A stretch of 64,000 nucleotides of DNA from Candidatus Latescibacterota bacterium (lineage in GTDB: Bacteria > Latescibacterota > UBA2968 > UBA8231), in assembly GCA_965197905.1 (NCBI GenBank), contig CBDAOB010000005.1, forward strand, positions 2,176,001-2,240,000. The letters are read 5' to 3'. Under the pieces are notes generated by a model that saw nothing but the letters and a program-made list of their open reading frames with translations, was not told where the DNA came from and did not search any database. This document shows positions 11,345 through 22,679 of the stretch, piece by piece (position 1 is the stretch's first letter; each line of letters opens with the position of its first letter). Made by a program: the position numbers and the translations under genes.

Positions 11345-11971
11345 TCAAACGCGCGAGTAGAACTCGATAACCAACTGCTCTTCGGCCACTGTCGGTATAT
11401 CTTCCCGATTCGGCTTTTCCATCACGCTTCCCTGAAGATTTACCTTGTCGACCGAGAGCCATGGTACGGAATCGCGCGAGCGGCGCAATGACTCGTGAAT
11501 CAATTCCAATTTTCTGCTTCTTTCGGTGACTTTGATATTGTCTCCTGGTTTCGTGCTGAATGATGGAATGTTTACGCGGCGATCGTTGACCGTGATGTGA
11601 TTGTGACGGACGAGCTGACGAGCTGCTTTTCGCGAGGGTGCGAATCCCAATCTGTAGACGACATTGTCCAGTCGGCTTTCGAGCAGACGGAGCAGATTTT
11701 CACCGCTCACGCCTGGAATCCGGGTGGCCTCTTTGTAATATCCCCTGAACTGCCGTTCCCGCATTCCATAGAGCCTTGCAAGCTGCTGCTTCGCTCGCAG
11801 CTGAACGCTGTAGTCAGACTGCTTACGGCGCATGCCCTGCCCATGTTGCCCCGGGGCATAACTGCGGCGTTCAAACGAACATTTCTCCAAGCCGCAACGC
11901 TCCCCCTTCAAAAAGAGCTTTGTCCCCTCACGGCGACAGAAGCGGCAATTTGCTCCAACGTACCTACTCAT
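11345..11971 (-). CDS. rpsD: 30S ribosomal protein S4 (Cys-containing, Zn-type)
   Basis: CRFCRREG, PGQHG, LESRLDNVVYRLG. Confidence 0.98.
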   Translation of the reverse strand: MSRYVGANCRFCRREGTKLFLKGERCGLEKCSFERRSYAPGQHGQGMRRKQSDYSVQLRAKQQLARLYGMRERQFRGYYKEATRIPGVSGENLLRLLESRLDNVVYRLGFAPSRKAARQLVRHNHITVNDRRVNIPSFSTKPGDNIKVTERSRKLELIHESLRRSRDSVPWLSVDKVNLQGSVMEKPNREDIPTVAEEQLVIEFYSRV

Positions 11972-11986
11972 ATCGTTTTTCCTTGC

Positions 11987-12379
11987 TTATACCCTGCGGC
12001 GCTTGGGCGGCCTACACCCGTTGTGGGGAATCGGAGTAACATCCCTGATCGCGGAAATCTCCAGTCCCGTATTCTGCAGGGCGCGAATGGCTGATTCTCT
12101 TCCCGAGCCGGGTCCCTTGACCCAGACCTCCACCCGACGCAAGCCCATTGCAACCGCCTCCTCAGCGGCTTTGCCAGCGGCCAGCTGACCTGCAAACGGG
12201 GTAGACTTCCGACTTCCGGTTATGCCCATTTTCCCAGGTGTGGCCCACGATATCACATTGCCTTCCCGATCGGTCAGGGTGACGATCGTATTGTTGAAAG
12301 TCGCCAGAATATGTGCGACTCCCAGCGCTTCAACCTGCTTCGACTTCTTTCTTCTACGTCGGGATCTCTCCGGGGGCAC
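11987..12379 (-). CDS. rpsK: 30S ribosomal protein S11
   Basis: [36 protein letters not shown] start. Confidence 0.98.
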   Translation of the reverse strand: MPPERSRRRRKKSKQVEALGVAHILATFNNTIVTLTDREGNVISWATPGKMGITGSRKSTPFAGQLAAGKAAEEAVAMGLRRVEVWVKGPGSGRESAIRALQNTGLEISAIRDVTPIPHNGCRPPKRRRV

Positions 12380-12414
12380 TGGGATGTTCCTTTCTGCTTG
12401 AAGCCTTGGCCCGC

Positions 12415-12795
12415 CTAGGCCTGTGGCGCTTTCTTCTTACCGGCAACAGGTCGCTGGGGACCCTTGCGCGTGCGCGCATTGGTTTTGGTTCGCTGGCCTC
12501 TCGAGGGGAGGCCTCGTCGATGACGCAACCCGCGGTAGCTCCCAATATCCATCAGGCGCTTGATGTTCATGTTGACTTCCCCGCGGAGACTCCCCTCGAT
12601 CTTGTAGCTGGCTTCGATAACGGTGCGGAGCTGGTTCAACTCCTGTTCGTTGAGTGCGTTCACTCGGGTCTGGGGATCGACTCCGGCTTGCTCGAGTATC
12701 TTCCCGGCAGACTTCACCCCGATCCCAAAAATGGCTGTTAGGCCAACTGCGATTCTCCTGTCCCGTGGCAGATCTACACCTGCAATACGCGCCAA
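12415..12795 (-). CDS. rpsM: 30S ribosomal protein S13
   Basis: [28 protein letters not shown] start. Confidence 0.98.
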   Translation of the reverse strand: MARIAGVDLPRDRRIAVGLTAIFGIGVKSAGKILEQAGVDPQTRVNALNEQELNQLRTVIEASYKIEGSLRGEVNMNIKRLMDIGSYRGLRHRRGLPSRGQRTKTNARTRKGPQRPVAGKKKAPQA

Positions 12796-12810
12796 ATCGC
12801 TAGCTCCTCT

Positions 12811-12927
12811 TTATCCTTGTCGCTGTTTATGTCTGGGGTTTCGCTTGCAGATCACCCGCACTACTCCGTGCCGACGAATGATCTTGCACTCTGAACACCT
12901 CTTGCTTACTGACGCTCGCACCTTCAT
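12811..12927 (-). CDS. rpmJ: 50S ribosomal protein L36 (Zn-ribbon type)
   Basis: Not in the ORF track. Translated by hand: [38 protein letters not shown]. Confidence 0.97.
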   Translation of the reverse strand: MKVRASVSKRCSECKIIRRHGVVRVICKRNPRHKQRQG

Positions 12928-12955
12928 TGCAGCACTCCTCGAAAACAACGCGCCG

Positions 12956-14293
12956 TTAACTTCGGCGACCTTGTATCTTACCCTTCTTCATGAAACCTTC
13001 GTAATGCCTGGTCATTAGCTGGGACTCGACCTGTTGCAAGGTGTCGAGCGCCACACCGACAATAATGAGCAGACCGGTACCTCCGAAGAACTGGGCAAAT
13101 GACGGAGCCACCTTGAACTGCTGGGTCACGAAAAACGGAAATATGGCCACAGCTGCCAAAGCGACTGCCCCCGGCAGCGTAACGCGAGTCATGATCCTGT
13201 CGATGTGTTCGCTCGTCCGCTTTCCGGGGCGTACGCCCGGAATGAAACCGCCATGTTTTTTCATGTTGTCGGAAAGTTGATTCGGATCCATAACGATCGC
13301 CGTGTAAAAATAGCAGAAGAAGACGATCATCGTCCCGTACACGAACCAGTAAAACAAGGACTCGGTTGAAAAGTAGGTCCCAATCGCCTCCATCACCCGG
13401 CTGTCGGGAAACATCTGCGTAACCGTTCCCGGAAGAAACATAATGGATTGGGCGAAAATTATCGGAATGACACCAGCAGTGTTGATCCGTAAGGGGATAT
13501 GGGTGGTCTGGCCACCGTAGACTCGACGCCCGACGACCCGTTTCGCGTATTGGACCGGTATTCTACGCTGTCCCTGAGTGAGCAGAATAACAAACGCAAC
13601 TACGGCAAACATCAAAGCGATCAGGAATAACTCTTCGATGATATTCTTGCCGGCCCCACGATTGATCATGTAGTGGGACCACTCGCTTTTTAAGGCAAAA
13701 GGCAGTTCCGCAATGATCCCAATAAAAATTATCAATGATATCCCATTGCCGATCCCGTATTCCGTGATCTGCTCTCCGAGCCACATGATGAAAATCGTGC
13801 CGGTGGTAATCGTCAAAACAGTCGCCAAGGTAAATGCGAGGCCCGGCTCAGGGACGGCCGGCAAACCCGAGGCCGGGCCGCGGATACTCGCCAGGAAATA
13901 GCTCACGCCGAAGGCCTGACCGGCCGCGAGTGCAACAGTACCATAACGGGTGAACTGGGTGATCTTCTTGCGACCCTCTTCGCCCTCGCGTTGTAGCTTC
14001 TGGAAATACGGGATTACCGCGCCGAGGAGCTGCAATATGATAGAGGCGCTGATATACGGCATTATCCCCAATGCAAAGATGGTTCCGCGCGTAAACGCCC
14101 CACCCACAAACATGTCGTACAGGCCGAACAAGGTGTTGCCGGAACCGGCGAAGAATTCCTGCAGAACTCGAAGATCGATCCCGGGCGCCGTGATCTGACC
14201 ACCGATTCGGTAGACTACCAACAAAGCCACGGTGATGAGGATCTTCTTCCGCAGATCGGGGATCTTGAAACAGTTTCGGAAACTTTCAATCAC
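12956..14293 (-). CDS. secY: Preprotein translocase SecY
   Basis: [43 protein letters not shown]. Confidence 0.98.
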   Translation of the reverse strand: MIESFRNCFKIPDLRKKILITVALLVVYRIGGQITAPGIDLRVLQEFFAGSGNTLFGLYDMFVGGAFTRGTIFALGIMPYISASIILQLLGAVIPYFQKLQREGEEGRKKITQFTRYGTVALAAGQAFGVSYFLASIRGPASGLPAVPEPGLAFTLATVLTITTGTIFIMWLGEQITEYGIGNGISLIIFIGIIAELPFALKSEWSHYMINRGAGKNIIEELFLIALMFAVVAFVILLTQGQRRIPVQYAKRVVGRRVYGGQTTHIPLRINTAGVIPIIFAQSIMFLPGTVTQMFPDSRVMEAIGTYFSTESLFYWFVYGTMIVFFCYFYTAIVMDPNQLSDNMKKHGGFIPGVRPGKRTSEHIDRIMTRVTLPGAVALAAVAIFPFFVTQQFKVAPSFAQFFGGTGLLIIVGVALDTLQQVESQLMTRHYEGFMKKGKIQGRRS

Positions 14294-14762
14294 GCTTGAT
14301 CACCTCGGCGCTACCCCCTGACGCTATTATCTTATCGGTGGCACTCTTGGAAAACTTGTGGGCGCGAACGACCAGGGCCTTACTGAGATCGCCTTCTCCT
14401 AGGACCTTTATCGGCATTGAGCCACGTATCGGCATTGAGCCACGCCGAACCAGGCGCTTCTCCCTCATCTCCACCGGCCCCACATCGCCATTCCACTCAA
14501 TCGCCTCGATAGCAGCAAGATTGACGACTTGATATTCATTCTTGAACTGCTTGTTCGAAAATCCAACCTTCGGAATGTGCCGGAAAAGCGGCAGCTGCCC
14601 ACCGGAGAATCCGGTCCGACGGCCACGTTTGGCACCGGAACGCGCCCGTTGACCTTTGTGTCCCTTGCCCGACGTTTTGCCGGTTCCGGAGCCGATACCC
14701 AGACCGAGGCGTTTCGTTTGGCGGCGGAACCGCATTGGCAAGTTTAGTTCGTTGAGATCCAT
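14286..14762 (-). CDS. rplO: 50S ribosomal protein L15
   Basis: GSGTGKTSGKGHKGQRARSG, KVLGEG. Confidence 0.97.
   Translation of the reverse strand: MDLNELNLPMRFRRQTKRLGLGIGSGTGKTSGKGHKGQRARSGAKRGRRTGFSGGQLPLFRHIPKVGFSNKQFKNEYQVVNLAAIEAIEWNGDVGPVEMREKRLVRRGSMPIRGSMPIKVLGEGDLSKALVVRAHKFSKSATDKIIASGGSAEVIKRD
14409..14444. repeat. Perfect 18-bp tandem duplication inside rplO
   Basis: TATCGGCATTGAGCCACG twice, encoding RGSMPI-RGSMPI. Confidence 0.95.
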
Positions 14763-14783
14763 GTTCCTTACGTGGGCGGAAGC

Positions 14784-14966
14784 CTATGAGTCTATCTCTT
14801 CCACCTCCAAAAGGTGTTCAACCTTGCTAATCATTCCGCGAATCTGGGGCGAATCTTCGTGTACGACTCGATGATTCAGTCGTTTAATACCCAGCGCTTC
14901 AATGGTGTCTTTTTGATCTCGTGCGCGCCCGATCGCGCTTCTTCTCTGTACGATGGCAAACTTCAT
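14784..14966 (-). CDS. rpmD: 50S ribosomal protein L30
   Basis: MKFAIVQRRSAIG...IRGMISKVEHLL; lies between rpsE and rplO. Confidence 0.95.
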   Translation of the reverse strand: MKFAIVQRRSAIGRARDQKDTIEALGIKRLNHRVVHEDSPQIRGMISKVEHLLEVEEIDS

Positions 14967-14976
14967 GGCTACACCA

Positions 14977-15486
14977 TCAACCCCGCAAGGTCGAAATCTG
15001 AACACCGCGCTCGCTGGCCACCATCTCCGCGTCGCGCATCTCGCCCAGTGCCACAACGGTGGCCTTCACGACGTTCTGGGTGTTGTTGGAGCCGAGGGAT
15101 TTCGTGAGAATATCGTGCACCCCGGCTAGTTCGAGAACTATGCGTACGCCGCCACTGGCGATAACCCCGGTTCCGGGAGAGGCAGGTTTGAACAGAACTT
15201 TTGCGGCACTGAATTTGCCAATCGATTCATGAGGAATCGTCCCGTTGACGACGGGCACCGAGACGATGGACTTTTTGGCCGCCTCCGTGGCCTTGCGAAT
15301 CGCCTCCGATATCTCACCGGCCTTACCGGCGCCCACACCTACGTGTCCGGCTCGATCGCCTACGACGACGAGAGCATTGAAGCTGAACCGACGTCCGCCC
15401 TTGCGAACATGGGACACTCTCTTGATGCTATTCTGCACCACTACTTCACTGAGTTCCAAATCGTTTGGATTTATTCTGTCAGCCAC
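14977..15486 (-). CDS. rpsE: 30S ribosomal protein S5
   Basis: [26 protein letters not shown]. Confidence 0.98.
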   Translation of the reverse strand: MADRINPNDLELSEVVVQNSIKRVSHVRKGGRRFSFNALVVVGDRAGHVGVGAGKAGEISEAIRKATEAAKKSIVSVPVVNGTIPHESIGKFSAAKVLFKPASPGTGVIASGGVRIVLELAGVHDILTKSLGSNNTQNVVKATVVALGEMRDAEMVASERGVQISTLRG

Positions 15487-15497
15487 CTATCACTCCC

Positions 15498-15872
15498 TTA
15501 GACCTGTAGTCCTCCTTCGCGCGCACCATCTGCTACAGCTTTGACCACACCGTGGTACAGGAAACCGCCGCGATCGAACACGACCTTGTCGATGCCCTGT
15601 TCCTTTGCCCTGGCAGCCAGCATCTTTCCCATTTCCCGCCCTTGAGCAACACGACTCTCAAATTTGACCTCGCGAATTTCCGCAGATCTCGTCGAAAGCC
15701 CCGTTAGAGATCTCCCCGTCGCATCGTCGATGATCTGCGCTTCGATATTTCGCAGCCCCCGAAAGACGACGAGTCGAGGCCTGTCGGCAGTGCCCGAAAC
15801 CTTCTTTCGCGTCCGATGACGACGACGAGCCTTTGCCTTCGATTTGCTAAGTGTTTGAAGTCTCGTTGCCAA
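15498..15872 (-). CDS. rplR: 50S ribosomal protein L18
   Basis: RPRLVVFR, VVFDRGGFLYHG, AREGGL. Confidence 0.97.
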   Translation of the reverse strand: MATRLQTLSKSKAKARRRHRTRKKVSGTADRPRLVVFRGLRNIEAQIIDDATGRSLTGLSTRSAEIREVKFESRVAQGREMGKMLAARAKEQGIDKVVFDRGGFLYHGVVKAVADGAREGGLQV

Positions 15873-16430
15873 TTATGCTACCGCCGATTTCCCTGCTTTA
15901 AAATGAATAATCTCGTCTTGATAGCGGATCCCCTTCCCCTTGTACGGTTCCGGTTTACGCTTGAAGCGGATATCCGCGGCCACCTGGCCCACTTTTTGTT
16001 TGTCGATCCCGCTCACTACGATCCGCGCTTGAGCACCACCCTGCGGATCTTCGGTCGTAATCTCTATTCCTTCGGGCGCTTCATAGACGACAGAGTGAGA
16101 GTACCCGATTTCAAGAGTGAGCTTCCTGCCTTGGACATCGGCCCTGAAGCCGACACCGTATACATCCAAACGCTTTTGGAACCCGCTCGTGACGCCGGCA
16201 ACAGCGTTGGCAACGAGAGACCTTATCAGACCGTGAAGCGATCGGGTGATCTTCGATTCGTTTCGCCGATTGACCTGAACAGTCCCCTCGTTTACCTCGA
16301 CGGAGATCCGCGACGGGTCGAACGAAACTGCGAGATTCCCTTTGGGCCCCTTCACACTCAACGATCCGGCACTAAGAGATGCCTCGACCCCTCCCGGCAA
16401 CAAAACTGGTTGAATTCCAACTCGAGACAC
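15873..16430 (-). CDS. rplF: 50S ribosomal protein L6
   Basis: MSRVG, VKGPKG, PEPYKGKGIRY. Confidence 0.98.
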   Translation of the reverse strand: MSRVGIQPVLLPGGVEASLSAGSLSVKGPKGNLAVSFDPSRISVEVNEGTVQVNRRNESKITRSLHGLIRSLVANAVAGVTSGFQKRLDVYGVGFRADVQGRKLTLEIGYSHSVVYEAPEGIEITTEDPQGGAQARIVVSGIDKQKVGQVAADIRFKRKPEPYKGKGIRYQDEIIHFKAGKSAVA

Positions 16431-16445
16431 CGGTATTGCTCCTGC

Positions 16446-16844
16446 TCACCAAACCTTGCAAAGGACTTCGCCACCAACTCCGGCAGCTCGCGCCTCGCGG
16501 TCGGTCATGACTCCCTTCGACGTCGTAACGATCGCGATCCCTAACCCGCGCAATACTCTTGGGACACTCGTCTTGGCGGAGTATTGACGGAGGCCGGGTT
16601 TGCTTACACGCTCCAAACCCCTGATGATGTTCTTATTTTCCGCATCGTACCTGAGATAAAGTCTCAGCATTCCCTGCTTGCTGTCTTCGATGTAGGCGAA
16701 ATTGTCGATAAACCTATTTTCGGCGAGAACACGGGCGATCTCCCGCTTCAGCTTGGAAGCGGGAACATCGACCCTTTTGTGGCTTGCGCTTGATGCGTTG
16801 CGAATGCGGGTCAGCATGTCGGCGATTGGATCAGTCATTCCCAT
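16446..16844 (-). CDS. rpsH: 30S ribosomal protein S8
   Basis: [30 protein letters not shown]. Confidence 0.98.
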   Translation of the reverse strand: MGMTDPIADMLTRIRNASSASHKRVDVPASKLKREIARVLAENRFIDNFAYIEDSKQGMLRLYLRYDAENKNIIRGLERVSKPGLRQYSAKTSVPRVLRGLGIAIVTTSKGVMTDREARAAGVGGEVLCKVW

Positions 16845-16856
16845 CGTCAGAATCTC

Positions 16857-17042
16857 CTACCAGCTGGCCTTTGTCACTCCGGGGATTTCTCCCCGCAGTG
16901 CCAATGTGCGAAAGCAGATTCGGCACAGACCAAACTTTCGGTATACAGCCCTCGCTCTGCCGCAGTTGTGACACCGGGTATACTTCCGCACCTGATACTT
17001 CGGCTCCCTACCCGCTTTTATCAACAGACACTTCCTGGCCAT
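16857..17042 (-). CDS. rpsN: 30S ribosomal protein S14 (short Zn-type, 61 aa)
   Basis: MARKCL...RCHNCGR...GLCRICFR...PGVTKASW. Confidence 0.97.
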   Translation of the reverse strand: MARKCLLIKAGREPKYQVRKYTRCHNCGRARAVYRKFGLCRICFRTLALRGEIPGVTKASW

Positions 17043-17055
17043 CGATTCGCTCCGT

Positions 17056-17598
17056 CTAGGTACCGAATGGGACGCCGAAGAAGCGAAGCAATTCGATCGC
17101 CTCATCGTCCGTATCGGCTGATGTAACCATGGTTATGTTCATTCCCCGAACTCGGTCTATTTTGTCGTAATCCATCTCCGGAAAGATGATCTGCTCCTTT
17201 ACGCCCATGTTGAAGTTTCCTCGTCCGTCGAAACTCTTCCTCGACAGCCCGCGGAAATCGCGCACCTGGGGCAGTGCAAAATGGATCAGACGATCAAGGA
17301 AATCGTACATACGCTTTCGGCGCAGAGTTACGGAGCAACCGACCACCATGCCCTCGCGAATCTTGAAATTCGAAATTGCCTTCTTCGCCTTCCTGGGCGC
17401 CGGCTGCTGTCCGGTGATTGCCTTCAGATCGGCGAAAGCACCATCAACAAGCTTCGAATCCTGCGAGGCTTCACCAACACCGATGTTAACGACAATCTTC
17501 TGCAGTCGAGGCACCTGCATCGGGTTGGTATAACCAAATTTCTCGATCATGGCAGGCATGATCTCAGTTGCGAATCGCTCGTGTGTGCCAGAAGCCAT
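17056..17598 (-). CDS. rplE: 50S ribosomal protein L5
   Basis: [28 protein letters not shown]. Confidence 0.98.
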   Translation of the reverse strand: MASGTHERFATEIMPAMIEKFGYTNPMQVPRLQKIVVNIGVGEASQDSKLVDGAFADLKAITGQQPAPRKAKKAISNFKIREGMVVGCSVTLRRKRMYDFLDRLIHFALPQVRDFRGLSRKSFDGRGNFNMGVKEQIIFPEMDYDKIDRVRGMNITMVTSADTDDEAIELLRFFGVPFGT

Positions 17599-17602
17599 AA
17601 GA

Positions 17603-17920
17603 TTATCGCGAATCGATCATCTCGCCACTTCGCGCAGAAGTGCGAACGTATTTGCCGGTTTCCAGCTGCTTCTTGCGAATCCTCGTGGGCTGATCGGTGT
17701 CGCTGCACACCACCATGAGATTCGAAATATGAATCGGAGCTTCCCGCTCTATGATTCCCCCCTGGGGGTCTCTTCGGGTTGGCCTCGTGTGCCGCTTCAT
17801 CATCCGCACCCCTTCGACAATGGCTCGCTCGTTCCCTTTGACGATGCTCAGAACGCGGCCCCGTTTTCCCCTCTCGTTGCCACTGACCACTTGAACTATG
17901 TCGCCCTTGCGGATATTCAT
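17603..17920 (-). CDS. rplX: 50S ribosomal protein L24
   Basis: [22 protein letters not shown]. Confidence 0.97.
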   Translation of the reverse strand: MNIRKGDIVQVVSGNERGKRGRVLSIVKGNERAIVEGVRMMKRHTRPTRRDPQGGIIEREAPIHISNLMVVCSDTDQPTRIRKKQLETGKYVRTSARSGEMIDSR

Positions 17921-17927
17921 TACGCTC

Positions 17928-18296
17928 TTATACGACCTCTGGGGCCAGCGACACAATGCGCATAAACTGCCGATCTCTCAGTTCGCGGGCGACCGGACCA
18001 AAGATTCGGGTCCCGCGAGGCTCTTTGTCCTCGTTGATCAAAACTGCGGCATTTTCGTCGAATCGGATGTAGGACCCGTCAGCCCGCCGGTACTCTTTCT
18101 TGGCTCGAACGACTACGGCCCTGGCGACCTCGCCCTCTTTAATAGGACCATTGGGAATGACATCGTAGAGCGACACGACAATAGTGTCACCAACGGTCGC
18201 GTACCGCTTTCTCGAGCCACCCAAAACCCGTATGCAACGCGCCCTCCGCGCACCGGCGTTGTCCGCCATTTTTACAACCGTATATTCGCGAATCAC
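17928..18296 (-). CDS. rplN: 50S ribosomal protein L14
   Basis: [27 protein letters not shown]. Confidence 0.98.
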   Translation of the reverse strand: MIREYTVVKMADNAGARRARCIRVLGGSRKRYATVGDTIVVSLYDVIPNGPIKEGEVARAVVVRAKKEYRRADGSYIRFDENAAVLINEDKEPRGTRIFGPVARELRDRQFMRIVSLAPEVV

Positions 18297-18315
18297 CGCT
18301 CAACCCCTCTCCGCC

Positions 18316-18567
18316 TCAGAGAACTTCCACGACACGCCACCGCTTCCGCTTGCTGAGCGGTCGGCACTCTTCGATGCGGACGATATCGCCCACACTTGAC
18401 AATTCCCCTTCGTCGTGGGCGACGAACTTTGCGGTCCGTCGTATCACACGGCCGTACAGCTTGTGCAGAATACGCTGTTCGATTGCGATAACACGGGTTT
18501 TAGCGTTGTTTGCGGTGACGACCGTGCCCTCGGTTCTTCGACGGACCGAGCTATGTGCCTCTGCCAA
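18316..18567 (-). CDS. rpsQ: 30S ribosomal protein S17
   Basis: [22 protein letters not shown]. Confidence 0.97.
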   Translation of the reverse strand: MAEAHSSVRRRTEGTVVTANNAKTRVIAIEQRILHKLYGRVIRRTAKFVAHDEGELSSVGDIVRIEECRPLSKRKRWRVVEVL

Positions 18568-18569
18568 GT

Positions 18570-18788
18570 CTAACCCTCTCCTCCGGGCAATGGCCTTACA
18601 CCCGATTTGTGTTCCTGAAGTACGGTGTTAACCCGCGCGATGTCCCGTCGCACCTGCCGCAGCCGCACGGGACTCGTCAACTGACTGGATGCGTGTTGAA
18701 AGCGGAGATTGAAGCCTTCCTCCTGAAGTTCCTCCAGTCGTGCAGTCACTTCCTCAAGACTCATTTCGCGAAACTCGCTCGCCTTCAT
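18570..18788 (-). CDS. rpmC: 50S ribosomal protein L29
   Basis: [10 protein letters not shown]...FNLRFQ...[10 protein letters not shown]. Confidence 0.96.
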   Translation of the reverse strand: MKASEFREMSLEEVTARLEELQEEGFNLRFQHASSQLTSPVRLRQVRRDIARVNTVLQEHKSGVRPLPGGEG

Positions 18789-19201
18789 GTCGCGGCAACT
18801 CTTTGTACGAACTTCATTTTTATCGGCAACTTGTGGCCTGCCCGCCGGAACGCTTCTTTGGCCATATCCTCCGTTACGCCCGCCAATTCGAAAACCACCC
18901 TTCCCGGCTTGACCACGGCAACCCAACCCTCCGGTGCCCCTTTTCCCTTCCCCATGCGGGTCTCCGCGGGCTTTTTCGTAATCGGCTTATCGGGGAAAAC
19001 GCGAATCCAGAGTTTTCCGGTGCGGCTGATGTAGCGACTTACGGCGATTCTGGCTGCTTCAATCTGGCTGCTCGATATCCAACCTGGCTCCAACGCCTTC
19101 AAGCCGAATTCACCAAAGGAGACCATCTCTCCACCTTTCGCCTGCCCCCGCATCCGGCCGCGAGACTGCTTTCTCCACTTCGACGTTTTTGGCATTAACA
19201 T
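18785..19201 (-). CDS. rplP: 50S ribosomal protein L16
   Basis: [30 protein letters not shown]. Confidence 0.98.
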   Translation of the reverse strand: MLMPKTSKWRKQSRGRMRGQAKGGEMVSFGEFGLKALEPGWISSSQIEAARIAVSRYISRTGKLWIRVFPDKPITKKPAETRMGKGKGAPEGWVAVVKPGRVVFELAGVTEDMAKEAFRRAGHKLPIKMKFVQRVAAT

Positions 19202-19220
19202 GGTTGGTACTTCCTAAAAA

Positions 19221-19889
19221 CTAGAACGAGTCCGTACGTGGCATACCGTCGGGGGTTTCTTCATCGACCACCTCCCCATGGCAAATCCAAACCTTGACGC
19301 CGATCGTCCCGGACATGGTGTAGGCCGTGGCCATGGCATAGTCGATGTCGGCGCGCAGTGTGTGCAGCGGAACCCGCCCGGCCGGCTCAGATCGCTCTCG
19401 CCTGCCCATTTCCGCCCCGTTGATGCGTCCGGCACAAACGATGCGAATTCCCTCGGCCCCCATACGCATGGAAGAGGCTACAGCTTTCTTAACGGCGCGG
19501 CGAAACGCCACGCGTTGTTGCAACTGTCGCGCCAGATTGTCAGCCACAAGCTGGGCATCCAACTCGGGCTTTTTTATCTCCTGGATGTTGAGCGATACGT
19601 CTTTCCCCGTCAGTTCCTTCAACTCATCGCGCAGCTTGTCCACTTCCGCTCCGCGCCGGCCAATGGCTATCCCAGGCCTCGCGGTGTGTACCTCAACGGT
19701 CACGCGTTTCGGCTGCCGCTCAATGTTGATGCGTGAGACTCCCGCCCGTTGGAGGCGTTGCTGCACATATTTCCGCAGCATCATATCCTCCCGGAGTAAC
19801 TCCGAGAAATCCTTTTCAGCAAACCAGTTCGAACGCCAGCCTTTGATTACGCCGACCCTAAATCCGTATGGATGCGTTTTCTGTCCCAA
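19221..19889 (-). CDS. rpsC: 30S ribosomal protein S3
   Basis: [31 protein letters not shown]. Confidence 0.98.
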   Translation of the reverse strand: MGQKTHPYGFRVGVIKGWRSNWFAEKDFSELLREDMMLRKYVQQRLQRAGVSRINIERQPKRVTVEVHTARPGIAIGRRGAEVDKLRDELKELTGKDVSLNIQEIKKPELDAQLVADNLARQLQQRVAFRRAVKKAVASSMRMGAEGIRIVCAGRINGAEMGRRERSEPAGRVPLHTLRADIDYAMATAYTMSGTIGVKVWICHGEVVDEETPDGMPRTDSF

Positions 19890-19901
19890 CCCCTTCTCCG
19901 A

Positions 19902-20249
19902 TCAGTCTAGTTCGTCACTCACGATCATCGTGAGATGACTGTGGCCTTTTACGATGCGGTCGGCGGACCCTCTGGCCCTGGGCCGTATGCGTTTGAGATC
20001 TCGAGCTTTGTCCGCAAATACCGTTTTTACAAACAGCTCATCCGCATCAACGGGATTCTCGACTTCTCTGTTCAAGGCGTTCGCGATGGCAGAGCGAAGC
20101 GTCTTTTCGATCACCTTCGAAACCGGCCTAGTAGAAAACCGCAGGATATTGAGGGCTTCTCCCACCGGCTTGTTCCTGATCAAATCGATTATTTGCCGAA
20201 CCTTGGTCACCGGCACCCCGATATTGGATTGATGAGCTCTTGCTTCCAC
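19902..20249 (-). CDS. rplV: 50S ribosomal protein L22
   Basis: SAIANA, RIRPRARG; lies between rpsS and rpsC. Confidence 0.97.
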   Translation of the reverse strand: MEARAHQSNIGVPVTKVRQIIDLIRNKPVGEALNILRFSTRPVSKVIEKTLRSAIANALNREVENPVDADELFVKTVFADKARDLKRIRPRARGSADRIVKGHSHLTMIVSDELD

Positions 20250-20261
20250 GCCTTCACCTAT

Positions 20262-20552
20262 CTATCTGCGAAGTCCCGTAGCGCGTTCGGTCAGCTTGCC
20301 CCCATGGCCCCTGAAAGTCCGCGTAGGTGAAAACTCACCCAACTTGTGACCGACCATGTTCTCCGAAATGTAGACCGGAATGAACTTGTTCCCGTTATGC
20401 ACAGCCAGCGTATGCCCGACGAAGTCGGGCGAAATCGTCGAGCGCCGCGACCAGGTCTTCAGCACTTTTTTCTCGCCCGTTCTGTTGAGCTCTTCGATCT
20501 TGACCGCAAGATGCTCGTCAATGAACGGGCCCTTCTTTACTGATCTTGGCAT
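20262..20552 (-). CDS. rpsS: 30S ribosomal protein S19
   Basis: [30 protein letters not shown]. Confidence 0.98.
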   Translation of the reverse strand: MPRSVKKGPFIDEHLAVKIEELNRTGEKKVLKTWSRRSTISPDFVGHTLAVHNGNKFIPVYISENMVGHKLGEFSPTRTFRGHGGKLTERATGLRR

Positions 20553-20558
20553 CCCTAC

Positions 20559-21389
20559 CTACTTGCTCTTACGGCGGCGAACAATCCAATCATCGGATTT
20601 TATTCCCCGCTTACGCGTTTTGTATCCCTTTGTCGGCTTCCCCCAGGGAGTTACCGGATGTCTTCCACCAGACGACTTGCCTTCCCCGCCGCCGTGGGGA
20701 TGATCCACCGGGTTCATTACGACTCCGCGCACCTTGGGTCGACGCCCCTTCCAGCGAGATCTTCCGGCCTTGCCCAGCACGATATTCTGATGCTCCAGGT
20801 TGCCCACCTGCCCGATAGTTGCGTAACACCGCGTCATCACTTCTCGTATCTCCCCAGAAGGCAGGCGCAACTGGGCCCGTTTCTCGTCGCGACCGAGCAA
20901 TTGAACCCCCGAGCCGGCGCTGCGCGCCATCTTTCCGCCACCCTGTGGATACAACTCTATATTGTGAACGATCGAACCCAGTGGAATCTTTTCGAGCGGG
21001 AGGGCGTTCCCCACCTGGATCGGCGCATCGGGACCCGACTGAACGACGTCGCCCTCGGCGAGGCCTTGGGGAGCCAGAATATATCGCTTCTCCCCATCGG
21101 CATACGTCACTAACGCGATGAAGGCCGACCTGTTGGGATCGTACTCGATTGAGGTTACTTTACCTGGAATTCCCAGCTTGTCGCGCCGGAAATCGATCAT
21201 CCGATAGCGGCGCTTGTGTCCCCCACCCCGCCTTCGCATTGTCATTCGACCCTGGTTATTTCGTCCGCCCGACTTGGTCAAGGGGGCCAGCAGCGACTTT
21301 TCCGGCGCCTGCTTGCTCACACCCTCAAAGGAGTTTACGGTCTTGAACCGTTGGGTCGGGGTAGTCGGTCTGAATTTCTTTACAGCCAT
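20559..21389 (-). CDS. rplB: 50S ribosomal protein L2
   Basis: [27 protein letters not shown]. Confidence 0.99.
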   Translation of the reverse strand: MAVKKFRPTTPTQRFKTVNSFEGVSKQAPEKSLLAPLTKSGGRNNQGRMTMRRRGGGHKRRYRMIDFRRDKLGIPGKVTSIEYDPNRSAFIALVTYADGEKRYILAPQGLAEGDVVQSGPDAPIQVGNALPLEKIPLGSIVHNIELYPQGGGKMARSAGSGVQLLGRDEKRAQLRLPSGEIREVMTRCYATIGQVGNLEHQNIVLGKAGRSRWKGRRPKVRGVVMNPVDHPHGGGEGKSSGGRHPVTPWGKPTKGYKTRKRGIKSDDWIVRRRKSK

Positions 21390-21408
21390 ATCGTCCTATC
21401 GCCCGCGG

Positions 21409-21696
21409 TTAGGCGCTTTCCAACACATCAATGGTTTCGCCCTCTTTCAAGGTAACGTACGCCTTTTTCCAGGCGGCCGTCCGTCCCGTAAATGCGCCCT
21501 GCCGCTTCGGTTTTGGCGGCACTGAAACAGTGCGAACGGATTCGACCTTCACCCTGAAGACCGATTCCACAGCCTGGCGAATCTGAATCTTGTTTGCCCG
21601 CCGATCCACCTTGAAAGCGTACTGGTTGCTTTCGCGGAGTATGGTGGCTTTCTCCGTGATAACCGGCCGATGAAGCACTGATCGCGGACTATTCAT
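21409..21696 (-). CDS. rplW: 50S ribosomal protein L23
   Basis: PVITEKA, WKKAYVTL. Confidence 0.97.
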   Translation of the reverse strand: MNSPRSVLHRPVITEKATILRESNQYAFKVDRRANKIQIRQAVESVFRVKVESVRTVSVPPKPKRQGAFTGRTAAWKKAYVTLKEGETIDVLESA

Positions 21697-22333
21697 TTGA
21701 GATCGAGCCGTGCAGTTCGCTCAATTTTTCGACTGCCTGACGCGTGAACAGAACTACGTCCGCCGCCATGATATCATGAGTGCACAAGGTAGTAACCGGT
21801 TGAATCTCCACGGAGCGAATATTTCTACACGACTTGTGCAAGATACCGTCGCTGTCTGGAGTGACAAACAGAACCTTCGAAGCATCTAGCCCGCAGGCGG
21901 TGATAATAGCATGGAACGACTTCGTGCTCGGCTCCTCGAACCGAAAGTCTTCTACGACATGGACATCTCTGGTCCTGCCTTTGAGCGTCAACGCCGAGCG
22001 AAATGCCAGACGCCGTAGCGTCCGCGGTACTTTCAGCGAGTAATTCCGCGGTTTCGGCCCGAAGGCAACTCCACCACCTCTCACGATAGGTGAACGCAGC
22101 GAACCCCTGCGGGCAATCCCGATCCCTTTCTGACGATGCCGTTTTTTGCTTGTCCGTGCGATTTCAGAGCGCGTTTTGGTCGAAGCGTTCCCCTGACGTT
22201 GATTCGTCTCGTACGCTACAAGCGCACGATACAGGGCATAGTCGGATACCCGGGCCTCGAACAAGGGCTCGGGCAGTTGCACCTCACCGCTGGGCTTGCC
22301 CGATTCGCTCTTAACTTCGACTGAAATTGCCAT
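21689..22333 (-). CDS. rplD: 50S ribosomal protein L4
   Basis: RQGNASTKTRSE, QKG.G.AR.GS.RSP, GGGVAFGPKPR. Confidence 0.97.
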   Translation of the reverse strand: MAISVEVKSESGKPSGEVQLPEPLFEARVSDYALYRALVAYETNQRQGNASTKTRSEIARTSKKRHRQKGIGIARRGSLRSPIVRGGGVAFGPKPRNYSLKVPRTLRRLAFRSALTLKGRTRDVHVVEDFRFEEPSTKSFHAIITACGLDASKVLFVTPDSDGILHKSCRNIRSVEIQPVTTLCTHDIMAADVVLFTRQAVEKLSELHGSISNE

Positions 22334-22344
22334 GCTACCCTAGG

Positions 22345-22653
22345 TCAGACCTTGATATCGATTCCAATGCCAGCGGGAAGATCCAGCTTCATAAGTGCGT
22401 CGACTGTCTGGGGAGTCGAGTCGTAGATGTCGATGAGGCGCTTGTGCACCCGTGTCTCGAACTGCTCTCTCGACTTCTTGTCGACGTGGGGTGAACGAAG
22501 GACCGTATAGATGGTGCGATCCGTTGGCAACGGAACTGGACCGGCGATCCGTGCCCCGCTTCTCTTGACGGTTTGCACGATCTCGTCGACAGACTTATCT
22601 AGCGCAGCGTGATCATACGCTTTGAGACGGATTCGAATTCTGTCGACTGCCAC
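22345..22653 (-). CDS. rpsJ: 30S ribosomal protein S10
   Basis: [30 protein letters not shown]. Confidence 0.98.
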   Translation of the reverse strand: MAVDRIRIRLKAYDHAALDKSVDEIVQTVKRSGARIAGPVPLPTDRTIYTVLRSPHVDKKSREQFETRVHKRLIDIYDSTPQTVDALMKLDLPAGIGIDIKV

Positions 22654-22679
22654 TAACTCTTCTCCTAAGTAGACCGGTC

